This document shows positions 25,558 to 38,568 of a stretch of DNA of 63,741 bases, piece after piece; position 1 is the stretch's first letter; each line of letters opens with the position of its first letter. Source of the DNA: Octopus bimaculoides (lineage: Eukaryota); NCBI RefSeq assembly GCF_001194135.2, contig NC_068982.1, positions 114,177,794-114,241,534 on the forward strand, written 5' to 3'. The translations under genes were made by a program, and so were the position numbers. The notes beneath the pieces were generated by a model. That model had not been told where the DNA came from. It worked only from the letters and a program-made list of their open reading frames with translations, and ran no database searches.

Positions 25558-25725
25558 TCAAATTTTTGTCACAAGGGTAGCTTAGGGGAGGTGGGGATGA
25601 TTCGATTACATCGACTCCAATGTTCAACTGGTACTTATTTTATCGACCCCGAAAGGATGAAAGGCAAAGTCGACCTCGGCGAAATTTGAGCGCAGAACTT
25701 AAAAGTCGAACGAAATGCTGCTAAA
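25500..25725 (-). mobile_element. SINE-A copy (25558-25725) with (TAA)19 tail (25501-25557)
   Basis: Reverse complement of the SINE-A body, ending cttgtgacaaaaatttgaa-(taa)n. Confidence 0.9.
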
Positions 25726-25764
25726 CAAGAAGAAAAGAAGGAATCGGTGATCTCGCTTTCATCA

Positions 25765-25804
25765 GACATTGTGATGACGGGCAATAATCTGAAACGTCGA
25801 AGTC
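25765..25804 (+). ncRNA. degenerate minimal hammerhead-like motif
   Basis: gacatt-GTGATGA-c-gggcaataatct-GAAAC-GTC-gaagtc. C3 changed to G; stem I pairs 5 of 6. Confidence 0.35.
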
Positions 25805-26564
25805 GATCAAACTTTTCATTGTAAAAATAAATAAGTATTTAGTAATCAAACAGTTTAATGCTAGATTTCGTTGCACACACACACACACACATGCACACAC
25901 ACACACATGCACGCGCACGCGCACACACATATATAACTTCACGTAAAAATAAATTTATATGTACGATAACATACACAAACACCCAGATGTCAAAGACACA
26001 GAAAAAATTCCTTTCATTTCTGTTTATGAAAACAGAACATCATATGCATTTATAGATATGCTTACATATATGCACATATGTATGTATTCATGTATGCATA
26101 AATATATGCATACGCATAATACATTCTAATAAATATATGTAACACTGAAGTACTATGTATAAATGAGCAATACATAGATAGGTAGTTATGCGTATTGTGG
26201 TATGTATATATAACGGGAGTGAATGATTTGTTTGTGATTAACGGTTTACGCTTGTTCAACATCACACAATACGTTCATTTTATACATTTTTGCTGTTACG
26301 CACACATTTTACAATTCGCTTGGTATGCTATTCTGGTAATTTTTGCTGTTTCATAAAAACTTTTCTGAATATTTTTCTCTTGTTCCAATTTCTAAAAATC
26401 ATGTGATATTTATTTAACCTTAACTTAAAAGAGATACCATAAGAATAAGATAATATGAAGGTAAAAGAGACGACGGAGTAAAGCGGAAGTGCGAATATTT
26501 ATGTTTAGAAATTTATGTTGTTTTCACAGAGAAATGAAAGGAATTTTGTCTGCGTCTTTAATAT

Positions 26565-26600
26565 CTGTGTGCGTGTGTGTGTGTGTGTGTGAGTGTGTAT

Positions 26601-26681
<81 letters not shown>

Positions 26682-26708
26682 TGTGTCTGTGTCTGTGTGT
26701 GTGTGTGT
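26565..26708. repeat. (GT)n microsatellite
   Basis: Directly visible. Similar tracts at about 33522-33568, 35920-35992, 38493-38566, 47005-47062, 53752-53800 and 56185-56265. Confidence 0.95.
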
Positions 26709-27283
26709 GAAATCATGTCAAATCATCAACAGAGCAGCTTCAAATAACAGATCGCTGAAGGCAAACGAGAAAAATCACTCACAAATATATCATTATTGAC
26801 GGGCATAGAGTACAGATTTTCAGCTGAGTGAAAGCTTGTAAATATACAGCCCTTGTGGTTGAAAAACCTATGAATTCTTAATTGGTATCCAGTCAGAATC
26901 TTCACTTCAGGCCCTGTTTTACTCTGACTGTTATTTTAGTTGCGCTGTGAAGTGTAGAATGTGTTGCGTTAATTTGTGGACAGAATCAGTGAATGAAATA
27001 TAATATAAGTAGATTTTACATGATATGTTTGATAACTTTATTCTCTGGTTTATTAAATGTTCACAACAAAATTTCTGAATTCCATTCATCTAGAAAAAGA
27101 AAACAAATAATTTAGAATAATTTCCATTTGTAAAAACAAAAAAATCTGAAAGACTGCTCCTGTTATTATGGTTTGAACTTAAATATTTGAAATTATTTTA
27201 CAACGTAGAATTTAATAAAAATACTTTAACGTAATACATATCATATTAAATTTCTCTTTTTATTTATGTTACAGATGTAGAAG

Positions 27284-27284
<1 letters not shown>

Positions 27285-27341
<57 letters not shown>

Positions 27342-27363
27342 TGAGAGAGAGAGAGTGAGAGAG
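27285..27363. repeat. (GA)n microsatellite
   Basis: Directly visible. Another at about 11652-11741. Confidence 0.95.
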
Positions 27364-28440
27364 GGTGTATGAAGGGACGGTAATATAAAACAAATAAGAG
27401 AATCAGAAGAGAACAAGAACTTTATTACTGGCCAGACACCAGCTAACTTGAAATGTCATATTTCTAACGAACTTAGTTATGAAAAAAGAAAAGCAATCTA
27501 AGCGGATCTAGAAGCATGAACAATCTCTTGAATATCAGAAAGTCTCGAGCTTTTATATATGATTGACACATATCAACTGATAATAAAACGTGACCTGTAC
27601 CCAGGTTCGATTTACATATTCTCTTCGCAAGAAAGTGGATTCAGATTTCATCCCTCAGGAAAGTGTCCTTTCCTGCCGTCTTACTTCAGCTAAAGCCTTT
27701 TGAGTAAAGTTTGCAAGTTCGAAACAGAAAGTCTTAATCCATTCGAGAAACATTTGGCCGCAGTTTCTAACAAGTCGTGAGACGTCTGTTCTATGGCATA
27801 TTTTCCTTTAGTGAAATTTGGTGAACTGAAACTCTTTTCTACAGCTTCTATAGTAAGATAGAATTATTCTTTCTTTCGTTGCGATTTGTCCAGATATTTA
27901 AGGATGTAATATTTTAATCGGCAGTTTGTAATTGTATGAAGAAATTCAACACGAGTTATAACTTTTTATGTTAAAACTGCTTGGTACTTCTAATTACATT
28001 TTGGCTTTAACTACTTTCATCTAATCAGATATCACTGAATATCTTGTTAAGAGATTTAGGTAATTGTAATGTATTTATTATAATTAAACTCTGTAGTCGA
28101 TAAAGTAGCACTGCTAACTAGTACACTGGTGTCAATCGTATATAGCTTTCTTTGTAGATAATTACTTTAATGTCTCGCTATAAAGAAAGGATTAATATAA
28201 GACTAATTTTACTCTTCAAATTGGATAGTTTATCAATGACGACCGAATCATAACACTTCTTATTAGAATCAAGACGTCGTATTAATAACCACTTCTATTG
28301 TGGTAACAACCGCTAAATATTTAAAAATCAAAATAAAACAGGCACCATAAAATATTCTACGCTGATAAATTGTTGTTGCTTTGATTTATTTTCGCAGTAA
28401 AATTATTTACGACGTTAATAACTCTCGTAATATTATTTAA

Positions 28441-28468
28441 CTAGCTGGACCCATGAAAAATTCACGGA
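28441..28468 (-). mobile_element. second Helitron-like 3' terminus
   Basis: Plus strand a|ctag-ctggac-ccatgaa-aaa-ttcacgg: a 6/7-bp hairpin plus CTAG|T on the minus strand. Confidence 0.5.
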
Positions 28469-28543
28469 AAATATGAAAAAATTGTAAGCATCTGTAAATT
28501 GTGTGCTGGTGCCATGAGAAATGTTTCTACATTGTGACAGTTA

Positions 28544-28756
28544 AAGGCGGCGAGCTGGCAGAATCGTTAACACGCCGGGCGAAATGCTTATCGGTATTTC
28601 GTCTGCCTTTACGTTCTGAGTTCAAATTCTGCCGAGGTCGACTTTGCATTACATCCTTTCGAGGTCGATAAATTAAGTACCAGTTGCATACTGGGGTGGA
28701 TCTAATCGACTACTCCCTCCAAAATTTCAGGACATGTGCCTATAGCAGAAAAGTAT
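28544..28756 (+). mobile_element. full-length SINE-A with 13-bp target-site duplication
   Basis: attgtgacagtta (28531-28543) and attgcgacagtta (28757-28769), 12/13 identical. Confidence 0.9.
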
Positions 28757-28921
28757 ATTGCGACAGTTACAGAATATAGAAAGAAGTGTAAAACCGATAA
28801 CTATATAATCCAACCAAAATATCTCTTACGCAAACGTAAGCAGAATGACTATTTAACCTTAAAATACACCGTACATATTCAGAGAACTCTTTTGCTTTAG
28901 AGGTACGGAACGTTTTTCTCG

Positions 28922-29150
28922 TATTCTTTTATTCTTTTACTTGTTTCAGTCATTTGAAGGTGGCTATGCTGGAGCACCACGTTTTAGTCGAAGAAATTGA
29001 TCCCTAGACTTATTCCCTGTAAGCCTGGTGCATATTCTATCTGTCTCTTTGCTGAACAGCTAACTTAAATGGACGCAAACACACCAACATCGGTTGTCAA
29101 GCAATGGTGGTGGGGGACAAACACAGACACAAACACACACACATAAATAT
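28922..29150 (-). mobile_element. SINE family B, 3' portion
   Basis: tcttttattcttttacttgtttcagtc...ggagcaccac...ggttgtcaagc. Reverse complement resembles 30030-30192. Confidence 0.85.
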
Positions 29151-29840
29151 ATGTCCGCCAGGTACGTACAGAAAACAAGTTGGTGTATTAATATTATTGA
29201 TTATTACTATATGTCATGTTAGAATTTTAAAGTCAGTGGTTCGAGGTTTTAAACTTAATTGGAATCAGTTCATTTCTTCTTCAATCTGTAATTTATAATA
29301 TAAGTAAAGAACGCAATAAATGATGGATCACCTACTCACAATGCATTACACTGCAATATGCTTTGCCCGAATGCATCGCTTTGCAATGTGCTATGACAGT
29401 GCATCAGTTTTGGATCTCTATAAAAACCACGACAATAGATGAGTGTTCTGCTGTGTTTGATATGTATGAAGTTGACTGGGTTATGAAATTAAATATATAG
29501 CTTTTACGCAATGCATAAGCCACGTCGGAACCACAAGGGCGCTCAGGAAGTCGAAGAGGTAACTCGTACATCTTTACTAAAACATTTGTACACTACTGAC
29601 GTTTCCAATTATTACTTTAGAAATATATTTAATACATTTCAAACTAGAAATCTAACATTCTAAGTTCTGTAACTTTTAGTTTCGTAGAAATTTTCTTGAC
29701 ATTAATTTATTACTGAATCTTTGAGCATTTCTAAGTCCTGAAGAGCATTTATAGAAATAGTTTATAAATAGTCGTAAAGCGTTTTTATATTGTAATAATT
29801 TATTGGTTTCGTTGCAACTCTTTGATGACGAAAGTTTATA

Positions 29841-30192
29841 TAGGCGCAGGTGTAGCTATGTTGTAAGAAGTTTGCCTCTCGACTACATGGTTCCAGGTTC
29901 AATCCCACTGCATGACGCCTTCGGCAAGTGTCTTCTACTATAGCCCCGGGCCCTTTGAGTGGATTTGGTAGACGGAAACTGAAAGCAGCCCGTCCGTCGT
30001 ACGTGTGTGTGTGTGTGTGTGTGTGTCTACGACCCTGTAACTTAGCAGTTTGACAAAAGATGTCGATAGAATAAGTACCAAGCTTTAAAGATAAATACTC
30101 AGATCGATTCACTCGACTAAAAACAAATTCTTCAAAGTGGTGCCCCAGTATGGCTGCAGGTTAATGACTAAAACAAGTAAAAACTAAAAGAT
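29841..30192 (+). mobile_element. near full-length SINE family B (tRNA head plus CORE-like segment)
   Basis: ggcgcagg..., B box ggttcaatccc, CORE-like ccttcggcaagtgtctt, internal (GT)n, tail gactaaaacaagtaaaaactaaaaga. Confidence 0.85.
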
Positions 30193-30729
30193 ATTTGCTG
30201 AATGATCACTATTAAGCCTTTGTAATAATATACCACTTTACTTTTCTTTATTGGTTGGAGTAAATAAAAGTTTCCAACGGAGGTATCCACCCAATCCCAT
30301 TAAAACACATCAAATAGTATTGCAAATTTACACGTCAATCTATCCCATACGAAATATTCTTGTAATACATATGTACCGTAGTTACTTAGCTCTAAGTCAG
30401 CGAGATTAAACAGAACTATGTTTAAAGCGGTCAAGCTTTGTCTATTCCGTGTGTTTTATCGAGATTAGTACACTGAATAAATTACGTTAACCAATACATC
30501 GTTTCTCAGGCGTGGTACTGTATAGCTTGAAGGACATTCAGTTGCTATTTCTAGCCATACCATCAACGACATAGACACTTGCTGATTGAGTTTAATATGT
30601 ACTGTTTTGTTGTTGTACTGCTTCAGCTTATGGGAACTTTAAAGTCATTAACATGACATACTAGCTTATTAATTACATATGGGTATTAAAACGCACATGT
30701 CCTGCAATAAAACAAACGTCATTTTTATC

Positions 30730-30763
<34 letters not shown>

Positions 30764-30783
30764 CATCATCATAATCATCATCA

Positions 30784-30833
<50 letters not shown>

Positions 30834-30843
30834 NNNNNNNNNN

Positions 30844-30897
<54 letters not shown>

Positions 30898-30907
30898 CAT
30901 TATTAGT

Positions 30908-32765
30908 AAGGTGGCGAGTTGGCAGAATCTTTAGCACGCTAGGCGTAATGCTTAGCGCTATTTCGTCTTCCGCTGTGTTCTGAGTTCAAATTCAGCCAGC
31001 GTCGACTTTAACTTTAGTCTTTTTGGGGTCGATAAATTAAGTACCAGTAAAACATTGGGGTCAATTTAATCGACTATTTTCAGGCTTTGTGCCTATAGTA
31101 GAAATTATTATTATTATTATTATTATTATAAAGGCGACGAGCTGGATGAATCGTTAGCACTGGGGGCAAAATGCTTTGCAGCATTTCGTCTGTCTTTACA
31201 TCTGAGTTCAAATTCTACTGAGGTCGACTTTGCTTTTCATCCTTTCGGGGTCGATAAATTAAGTACCAGTGAAGCACTGGGGTCGATACAATCGACGTGT
31301 CCACCCCACCCAAAATCAGGCGTTGTGCCTATAGTAGACAGGATTATTATTATCATTATTATTAAGGTGGTCAGCTGGCAGGACCGTTAGCAAACCGAAC
31401 AAAATGTTTAGCGCATTTCGTCCGTCTTTATGGTCTGAGTTCCAATGCCGCCGAAGTCGTGTTTGCCTTTCTTCTTTCCGGGGTCGATAAAATAAGTATC
31501 AGTTGAACACTAGGATCAGTATAATTGACTTATCCTTCTCTGAAACTTCAGATTATTTAAGCAGACAGAAAGTTTTGCGGCATTTCGTCCGTCTTTACGT
31601 TCTGAGTTCAAATTCCGCCGAGGTCCACGTTGCCTTTCATCGTCAGGAGTTTGATAAAATAAGTATCAGTTGAGTACTTGTAATCGACTGATTACATTCC
31701 CCCGAACTTTCTGGCCTTCAGCCAAAATTTGAAAGTATTATTACTCGAGCTGGCAGAGTCGTTAGTACGCTGGACAGAATAGTGATTGGTGTTTCGCTCG
31801 TCTATACGTTCTGAGTTCAAATTCCACCGAGGTTGACTTTGCCTTTCATCCGTTCTGGGTCGATAAAATAAGTACCAGTGGAGTATTGGGGTCGATGTAA
31901 TCGACTATCCCCTCCTCCAAATTCCAGGCATTGTGCCTATAGTAGAAAAGATTATTATTATTATTAAAGCTGGCAGAATCATTAGCACTCCGGGCAAAAT
32001 GCTTGCCGTTCGTCTTTTACGTTCTGAGTTCAAATGCCACCGAGGTCGACTTTGCCTTCCGTCCTTTCGGACCCCGATAAAATGAGTAACAGTCGAGCAC
32101 TGGAGTCGGAGTAATCGACTAATCTTCTCCCCGAAAATTTCAGGCCTTGTGCCAATAGTAGACAGGATTATTATTATTTATTATTATTAAAGGCGGTGAC
32201 GGCGCCGAGCTGGCAGAATCGTTAGCGCACCGGGCGAAATGCTTAGTAATATTTCATCTGCCACGTTCTGAGTTCATATTCCGCCGAGGTCGACTTTGCC
32301 TGTCATCCTTTCGGGATCGATAAATTAAGTACCAGTGAAACACTGAGGTCGATGTAATCGACTAGTCCCCACCCTCAAATTTCAGGCCTTGTGCCTATAG
32401 TAAAAGGGATTATTATTAAAGGCGGTGAGGAGATAGACAAAATCGACTTACCCACTGCTCCTGAAAGTGCTGACCTTGCCGCAAACGTGTAAAGGATTGC
32501 AATTATTATTATGAAGGCAGCGAGTTGGCAGAATTGTTAGAGCTTCTGAGTTACATACGTTCTCAGTTCTCAGTTACATACGTTCTCAGTTCCATACGTT
32601 CTCAGTTACATACGTACCTTGTTACATACGTTCCAGCTCTTTACACTCTGGATTCAAGTTTGCTTTTCATCTCTTTGGGTACTGATAAAATAAACTATCA
32701 GTCTAGTATTGGGTTGGGTGCTATCAACGACTCTTAAAATTGTTGGCCTAAATAGGAAACCATTA
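30908..32765 (+). repeat. head-to-tail array of 9 SINE-A-derived units in (ATT)n tracts
   Basis: Units start at about 30908, 31131, 31364, 31561, 31746, 31966, 32189, 32418 and 32513. Most are separated by (ATT)3-8, and the array is preceded by a long (CAT)n-(ATT)n tract from 30733. Confidence 0.9.
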
Positions 32766-33521
32766 TTTTTTAAATATTTTTTATGTACAGAATAATGCTG
32801 AAGTAGAAAAAACATTTCTGTAATACTTGATTAATACAACACGAAATACCGGCTCAGCAACCTTAGTAAACAAGGTAGAAGTGATATTTGTTTATTAATT
32901 ATATGATTTAGTGCCGTTTATTGTGAGCATTTGTGTTTCTAGAGACAATATCATTTAATAACTGTTACATTCTACTATCTGAATAAAATGTTCGTGATTT
33001 GAATCGCATGACGTACAGTTTGCTTGTTTGATGTGTATATTATTGCCATTTGATTCCAGTTTTAAATGTCAAAACTTACAGCCATAGATCATGCTAGTTT
33101 GGTTTAATGATTGCACCTTTGATCAGGACGAATACATGATGCTATTTCTGTGTAATGCATCTTGTATTCTCCAGTGGATTCTATTGAATACGTAAGTTTG
33201 ATAATAAATTTGGCAAGTAATATATAGGTAAACCAGAGATCTATTGTTAAATAGCAAGAAGAGGCTGATATATTGTATTTACTAAAACATATTATCAAGA
33301 GTGATCACTATTTCTAGACAAAGAATACAAAACACAAGGCAGATGGCTTTACAGTATATTAGAAATCATGGTGTTTTATTGCAAAAAGCTATACAAAATG
33401 AGATTAAAAGCAGAGTAGATGAAAACATCACTATGTCAAGTGTATATCATGGCAGAATATTATATCTACAGCTCCCTATCTGGTGCAAGCACTAATAAGG
33501 TAAACTTGTAATGGAAGCTGA

Positions 33522-33571
<50 letters not shown>

Positions 33572-33769
33572 ATATATATAAAGCATTTACACATCTTTAT
33601 ATAAAGTTATATAAAGATGTGTTTATGTATATATGAATGGGTCATTCTACATGTCATTAGCGACTGGGTTCTAGGAAACACTTCTATAAAATATTCTCCC
33701 TCATTTTACTTTCATTCCCTTCATTGATAGTGAATCCTGACAGAGAAGGCTTTCATTGTTAGCTTTTAA

Positions 33770-33990
33770 TCTAGCCAATGAGAAAGCTTCTGACATCTCG
33801 TTCAACCTGTTTGAAACGAGAGCCAAATCTCTCTGAAATGACCCTAACGTCTTAAAGAATAGGGTGATACATTAGATAATGTCTTAGAAATACACAATAA
33901 GGAAAAAGTTGGGATGGTCACAGATGGAATGCCTTTAAATAAATCTCCTCGTTCAATGTTGGTCTTGGACTAAATGACAAAAACTACCTT
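33770..33990. mobile_element. repeat family C copy
   Basis: gccaaatctc...gatacattagataatgtc...gggatggtcac..ggaatgcctt motifs. Other decayed copies at about 9015-9200, 30385-30580, 36560-36680, 49420-49520, 49915-50040, 52335-52490 and 52980-53110. Confidence 0.55.
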
Positions 33991-34147
33991 CGTATTTGAA
34001 AAACTATGGTATCACGTGATTAAACAGAACCGGAGCATTCCAGTATGTTGAGACCTTTAGCTTTCAAACGGCAAGAGAGATCTCTAGGGACTGAATATTG
34101 TTACTTATCTTTTTTCTACCCTAAAACTCAATATTTTTACCATTGTC

Positions 34148-34555
34148 AACTCGGAGAGCCGGAAGAATTGTTAGTGCGTCGGACAAAATACAACAAAGTA
34201 TTTCTTGAGAGCCTTTATATTTTGGTTTCAAATTCTGCTGACGTCAATAAAATAAAATACATATCAATGTGTCGACATAAAAATCTGACCGTGTGACCAA
34301 ATATCCATTAATATCATTATCAAAGCGGCGAGCTGGAAGAATCGTTAACACGCCGGGCGAAATGATTAGCGGTATTTCGTCTGTCTTCAGGTTCTGAGTT
34401 CAAATTCCGCCGAAATCGACTTTACCTTTCATCCTTTCGGGGTCAATAAAATAAGTATCAGCTAAGGACTGAGGTCGATGTAATCGATTATACTCCTCCC
34501 ACAAAATTTCAGGCGTTGTGCCTATAGTAGAAAGGATTATTATTATTATTATTTT
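34148..34555 (+). mobile_element. old decayed SINE-A (34148-34310) followed by a younger full SINE-A (34322-34555)
   Basis: Head and B box motifs in both. The younger copy starts right after attaatatcattatc. Confidence 0.75.
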
Positions 34556-34654
34556 AGATTCACACATGAAAGCGCCAAGCAAGATGCTAGCTATATGTGA
34601 AGACACAAAATTAATGCCATTAGATAGATGTTTTACCTAATGGACTGTTAGATG

Positions 34655-34830
34655 ATTGACCTGTTTGAAGTACACGTGGGTCTGAGACAACGCTTCTGAC
34701 TACCTCTTACCCTTTTCAAAATTACCACGGAATTTGTCATAGAAGACCTGAAAGACAAAGTCTGGCACCAACAGAGGACCTTTCATAAATATTAAATGTG
34801 CTGGTGACACAACACTAATATCAGTGATAT
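34655..34830 (+). mobile_element. RTE-like reverse transcriptase remnant
   Basis: DLFEVHVGLRQRF*LPLTLFKITTEFV (GVRQGC-LSP-LFN) and INIKCAGDTTLI (INNLRYADDTTL). Confidence 0.6.
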
Positions 34831-35916
34831 TTGACAAAGTGAAAATATATTCTAGACGAAACATGTAATAATCAGAGTATGAAAATAATGATGCAAAATA
34901 CAAGATCCTGTCACCACGCAAGGAAATGATAAAATTTGCTGCTGCAGTAGGACATGTCACATTCTTTTTGCTCGAAAATATAGTAGCAAATTGATCAGAA
35001 AGCAGGTCTTATGAGCATCTACTCGGGAACGCGATCTATGTGATAGATTATCAGAGACTTGGGCTTCACAGATCCTTTGAAGGTACAGACGCTTACTGTT
35101 CTTCACAATGGAAAACAAACCAGCCCATCAAATGGGTTGATTGGTTCAACTGGCAGGAGAGAAGCCCAGAAAGCACTGGGTAACTACGAAGAAATGCTTG
35201 AGTCTGTGTGCGTGCGCGCACAATAATAACAAGCTTAATCGCAGAAACATCTTACATCACAAACTGTTGGCTATCTCAGTGTTATGATAAAAAACACTTG
35301 CTCAAGTGTTCGTCTGGCATCTTAAAGCATGGCCACAGCTTTCAGCTGAAACTGATACAAAAAGTGCTGATTTTTATCTATGTAAATATGAACATTCCCT
35401 AGAAGTGTTATACATAATACTTAGCAAATATGAGTGGATAAATTCTGAATAAGTTCACATACATTTGGTAAATATTCAATGTTACCACGTAAATAAATCT
35501 TGCGGCTAAACGATAAGGCATTCTCTGTCTCAACCTCTCTCTCCATAATGAATATTTCATATTCTCTTAGTTGAGTGTCTTTTTCATATATCGAAAAAAA
35601 CATCCAAGTTTTCACTCTCCTGTAGTTTAAGGAAACTTTGGAGAAAATTTAGTCGAATGTAAAATCCAGTTTTCTGTAACGTGGCTCACCTAATAAGTAG
35701 AGCCTACATATGAAGTAATGTATTAGCGATGTATAGATAGGAGAGAAATCATACATACATACATACATACATACATACATACATACATGCGAATACAATA
35801 TTATAACTCAAGAACCATGTTTTGGCCAAAGTCACCCGACGTTTTTAAGGTAAGACTTCCGTAAACAAAAATAAAGAGCAGTGTGTGCGTGCGAGCGTGA
35901 ATGAGTGAGTGTGCGT

Positions 35917-35994
<78 letters not shown>

Positions 35995-38154
35995 TCACAT
36001 AAGCTTCGTGCATCAAATGAAATGGACTAACTCTAATGAATACAGAATACAGGCCACAAACGCCCTTTTCGTTGAGTGAAGTAGGAGTAAAAGTCATACA
36101 ATTACCGTGAACATATTTTTAACACAAGTTTTCTTTAATCAAGTTTGTGTGTATAAAAAACAAGATACAAAAAAGACTTGAAGAGAGAAAAATAAGAACG
36201 GCAATGATAAGGAGAAAGGGAGAGATAAAAAGACAGTAAGAAGGAGAGGTTGATTATTTTTTCTATTTGTAAATTAAGAAAGTAAAACAACGAAGGCTAA
36301 GGCTTTTTATTGGTGGTCTTGGTGTTAAGAACCAGTTCTGTAAAGTTGATGAAGTAGACTTTGCCAAGAAAGGAAAAAGAAATATTAACGTCTATCAAGG
36401 ACTCTTTTAGGGAAATGAATTTGTTGTAGGCTGAGGGGTGTTAAATACATTTTCAGTCTTATATAGTCTACGAACTCACTAAGACGAACTATGACTGAAA
36501 CGTTACATTGATCTTCTCCATTCCGCGAGTAAAGTTATTGTAAAAATCGACGAGAAGATCTCTTCATGGTCTTTTGACTTACAAGAAATAACTGCCAAAA
36601 TCTCCGTATCCTAAAAGGGAGGCACATTTTTAATGTAGTGATTCTTCATACACTGTACCTAAAAACTGAAATATCTTTGAGCAAATAATTGATATAGAGC
36701 TCAGCAACAGTGACAGCATCAGTAACATACTTGCTGTATTCTGTCGACTATATAGTTGCTTTGTTTTGTATGTTGTTTTAATTTTTCCCTCTTTCGTTCT
36801 TCACTCTTGAAGCAGCTTTAGCAATTATTGAACTCTGGTAGAGGCTAATACTCGTAAATCACTTGAGATAGAAATATGTTTATGTCTGCTGTTTAATCAT
36901 AGTCCTATAACAGCTGTCCTTGTCATGGATATATCTCAACATTTCTTTGCACAATGATTACATTTGTTATTTTCTTTCGCAAAAATGAGATTTGACTGGA
37001 GATTTTCGCCATTACAGAGCTATGACATTTTTATTCAATAAGCATTAAGTTCCAGATATATTTTTCGTATAAAAGTAAAAAGAGTTAAAAAATATTTTCA
37101 AGAATAGTGAGCCTGGTTTTATTGTCATTTTTATCAAATTAAGATTTCTTCCCGTTCAGGAGATCAAGCAATTTTTCAGTGTGTTGATCCAAAATCATTT
37201 TAAGATCAATCAATCATTGTTGTTTTACTTTATTTTTCTCTTTTATTTGTAACATTCAATTTCCAGTTAAATTCTTTGTTAGAATATTTTACTTTAAAGA
37301 TTAATTTCATATTTTGCCGGAAAATTGGCTGTTTTAAGAAAATCGATTACTGATTTTCAATTTAAATAAATAAAATAAAAATTCAGCTCAGATATCAATT
37401 ACCGATAATAATATATAAAAAAGTTAAGAAAATTCTTTAAACAATTTTTGGTAAGTTCCTAACTATTGAAAGAATATGTTACATATATATTGTATTCCTT
37501 AACTTTTCCATCACTTGACATCATATTACCTTTATTTGGTTTAAGTAATGAATGCCGAGTGTCAAACATTGATGTGGATTCTTTCTGACAGTTACGACTT
37601 GTATGTCACCAAACTGTAGAACACATGACTGATAACAATGAAATGATTTCCAAAGAAATCTATAATTCTATTGAGGATATGTTGTGAAGTTTGATCAACA
37701 GCAAAAATGTGAAGCGATAGTCAGATACTCAATAGTAATTCATCAATCATCGTGTCAGTTGAAAAAGATGTTGTTATATTCATAGAGAAAAAAAATTAAG
37801 ACGAATACTTCAATAATTTATGATAATTATTTATGTTGCCTAGACGCAAGTCATTCTTCTTTGTGTATTAACTGAATTTGTAGAAATGCTTTACTCGTAC
37901 GAAATTTATAGATACTTCGACGTTGGTAAAGTGGCGGAAAGAAGCATATCGAGTTAAATGCTCTTCAGTATAAAATTACGACTGTTTATTATTTTAAGTA
38001 TGCTTGCCTGTTGCTGTTTGATCCCTCAGTTCCCGGCGGCGTGTTAAGGGGCACCGTCTGATATCACCGAGGTTGATAATGTAGATACCAGGCAAACGGC
38101 TGGGATCGATTCAACCAAGTATATAATTTTATGGCCATATGCCAAAATTATTGG

Positions 38155-38250
38155 TACGGTATAGACCCTTCTTCAGGAGTCAGGAGAATGGCAAAGAGGA
38201 TAGGGTGACAGTATTTAGTTACATCTCTTTACTGTGTAAGTTAGAATTAT
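38155..38250 (-). mobile_element. partial copy of the hammerhead-bearing repeat seen at 13750 (GAAAC lost)
   Basis: Minus strand cctgactcCTGAAGAagggtctatacc vs cctgaatCTGAAGAagggttccatcc at 13790-13762. Confidence 0.4.
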
Positions 38251-38489
38251 GCTAGTTTCGAATCTGCTTTTCAACCCACTGGATGTTAACATAGATATCA
38301 TGTAAAAATTATAATCGACCTATACCGAGAGTCTACAATTCTATGGCATTATTCCAATCTTACGTTATAGATCCTATAAATACTTTAGATTATAGATATA
38401 TATTCAGCTGGCTATGACCCCGAAATAGGGAAGTATTGAACTTGAAATATTTGGGGGGGGGATAATATGAGAGAGGGAGAGAAAGGGAA

Positions 38490-38568
<79 letters not shown>

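Noticed and set aside
30908-32765. CRISPR-like repeat/spacer appearance of the array
   Set aside because: Units are about 200-bp SINEs with Pol III boxes in a eukaryotic context; there are no unique spacers and no cas genes.
33120-33400. Possible Tx1/L1 RT remnant (GRIHDAI, FLDKE, WLYSILE)
   Set aside because: Only scattered weak patches; not distinguishable from chance by eye.
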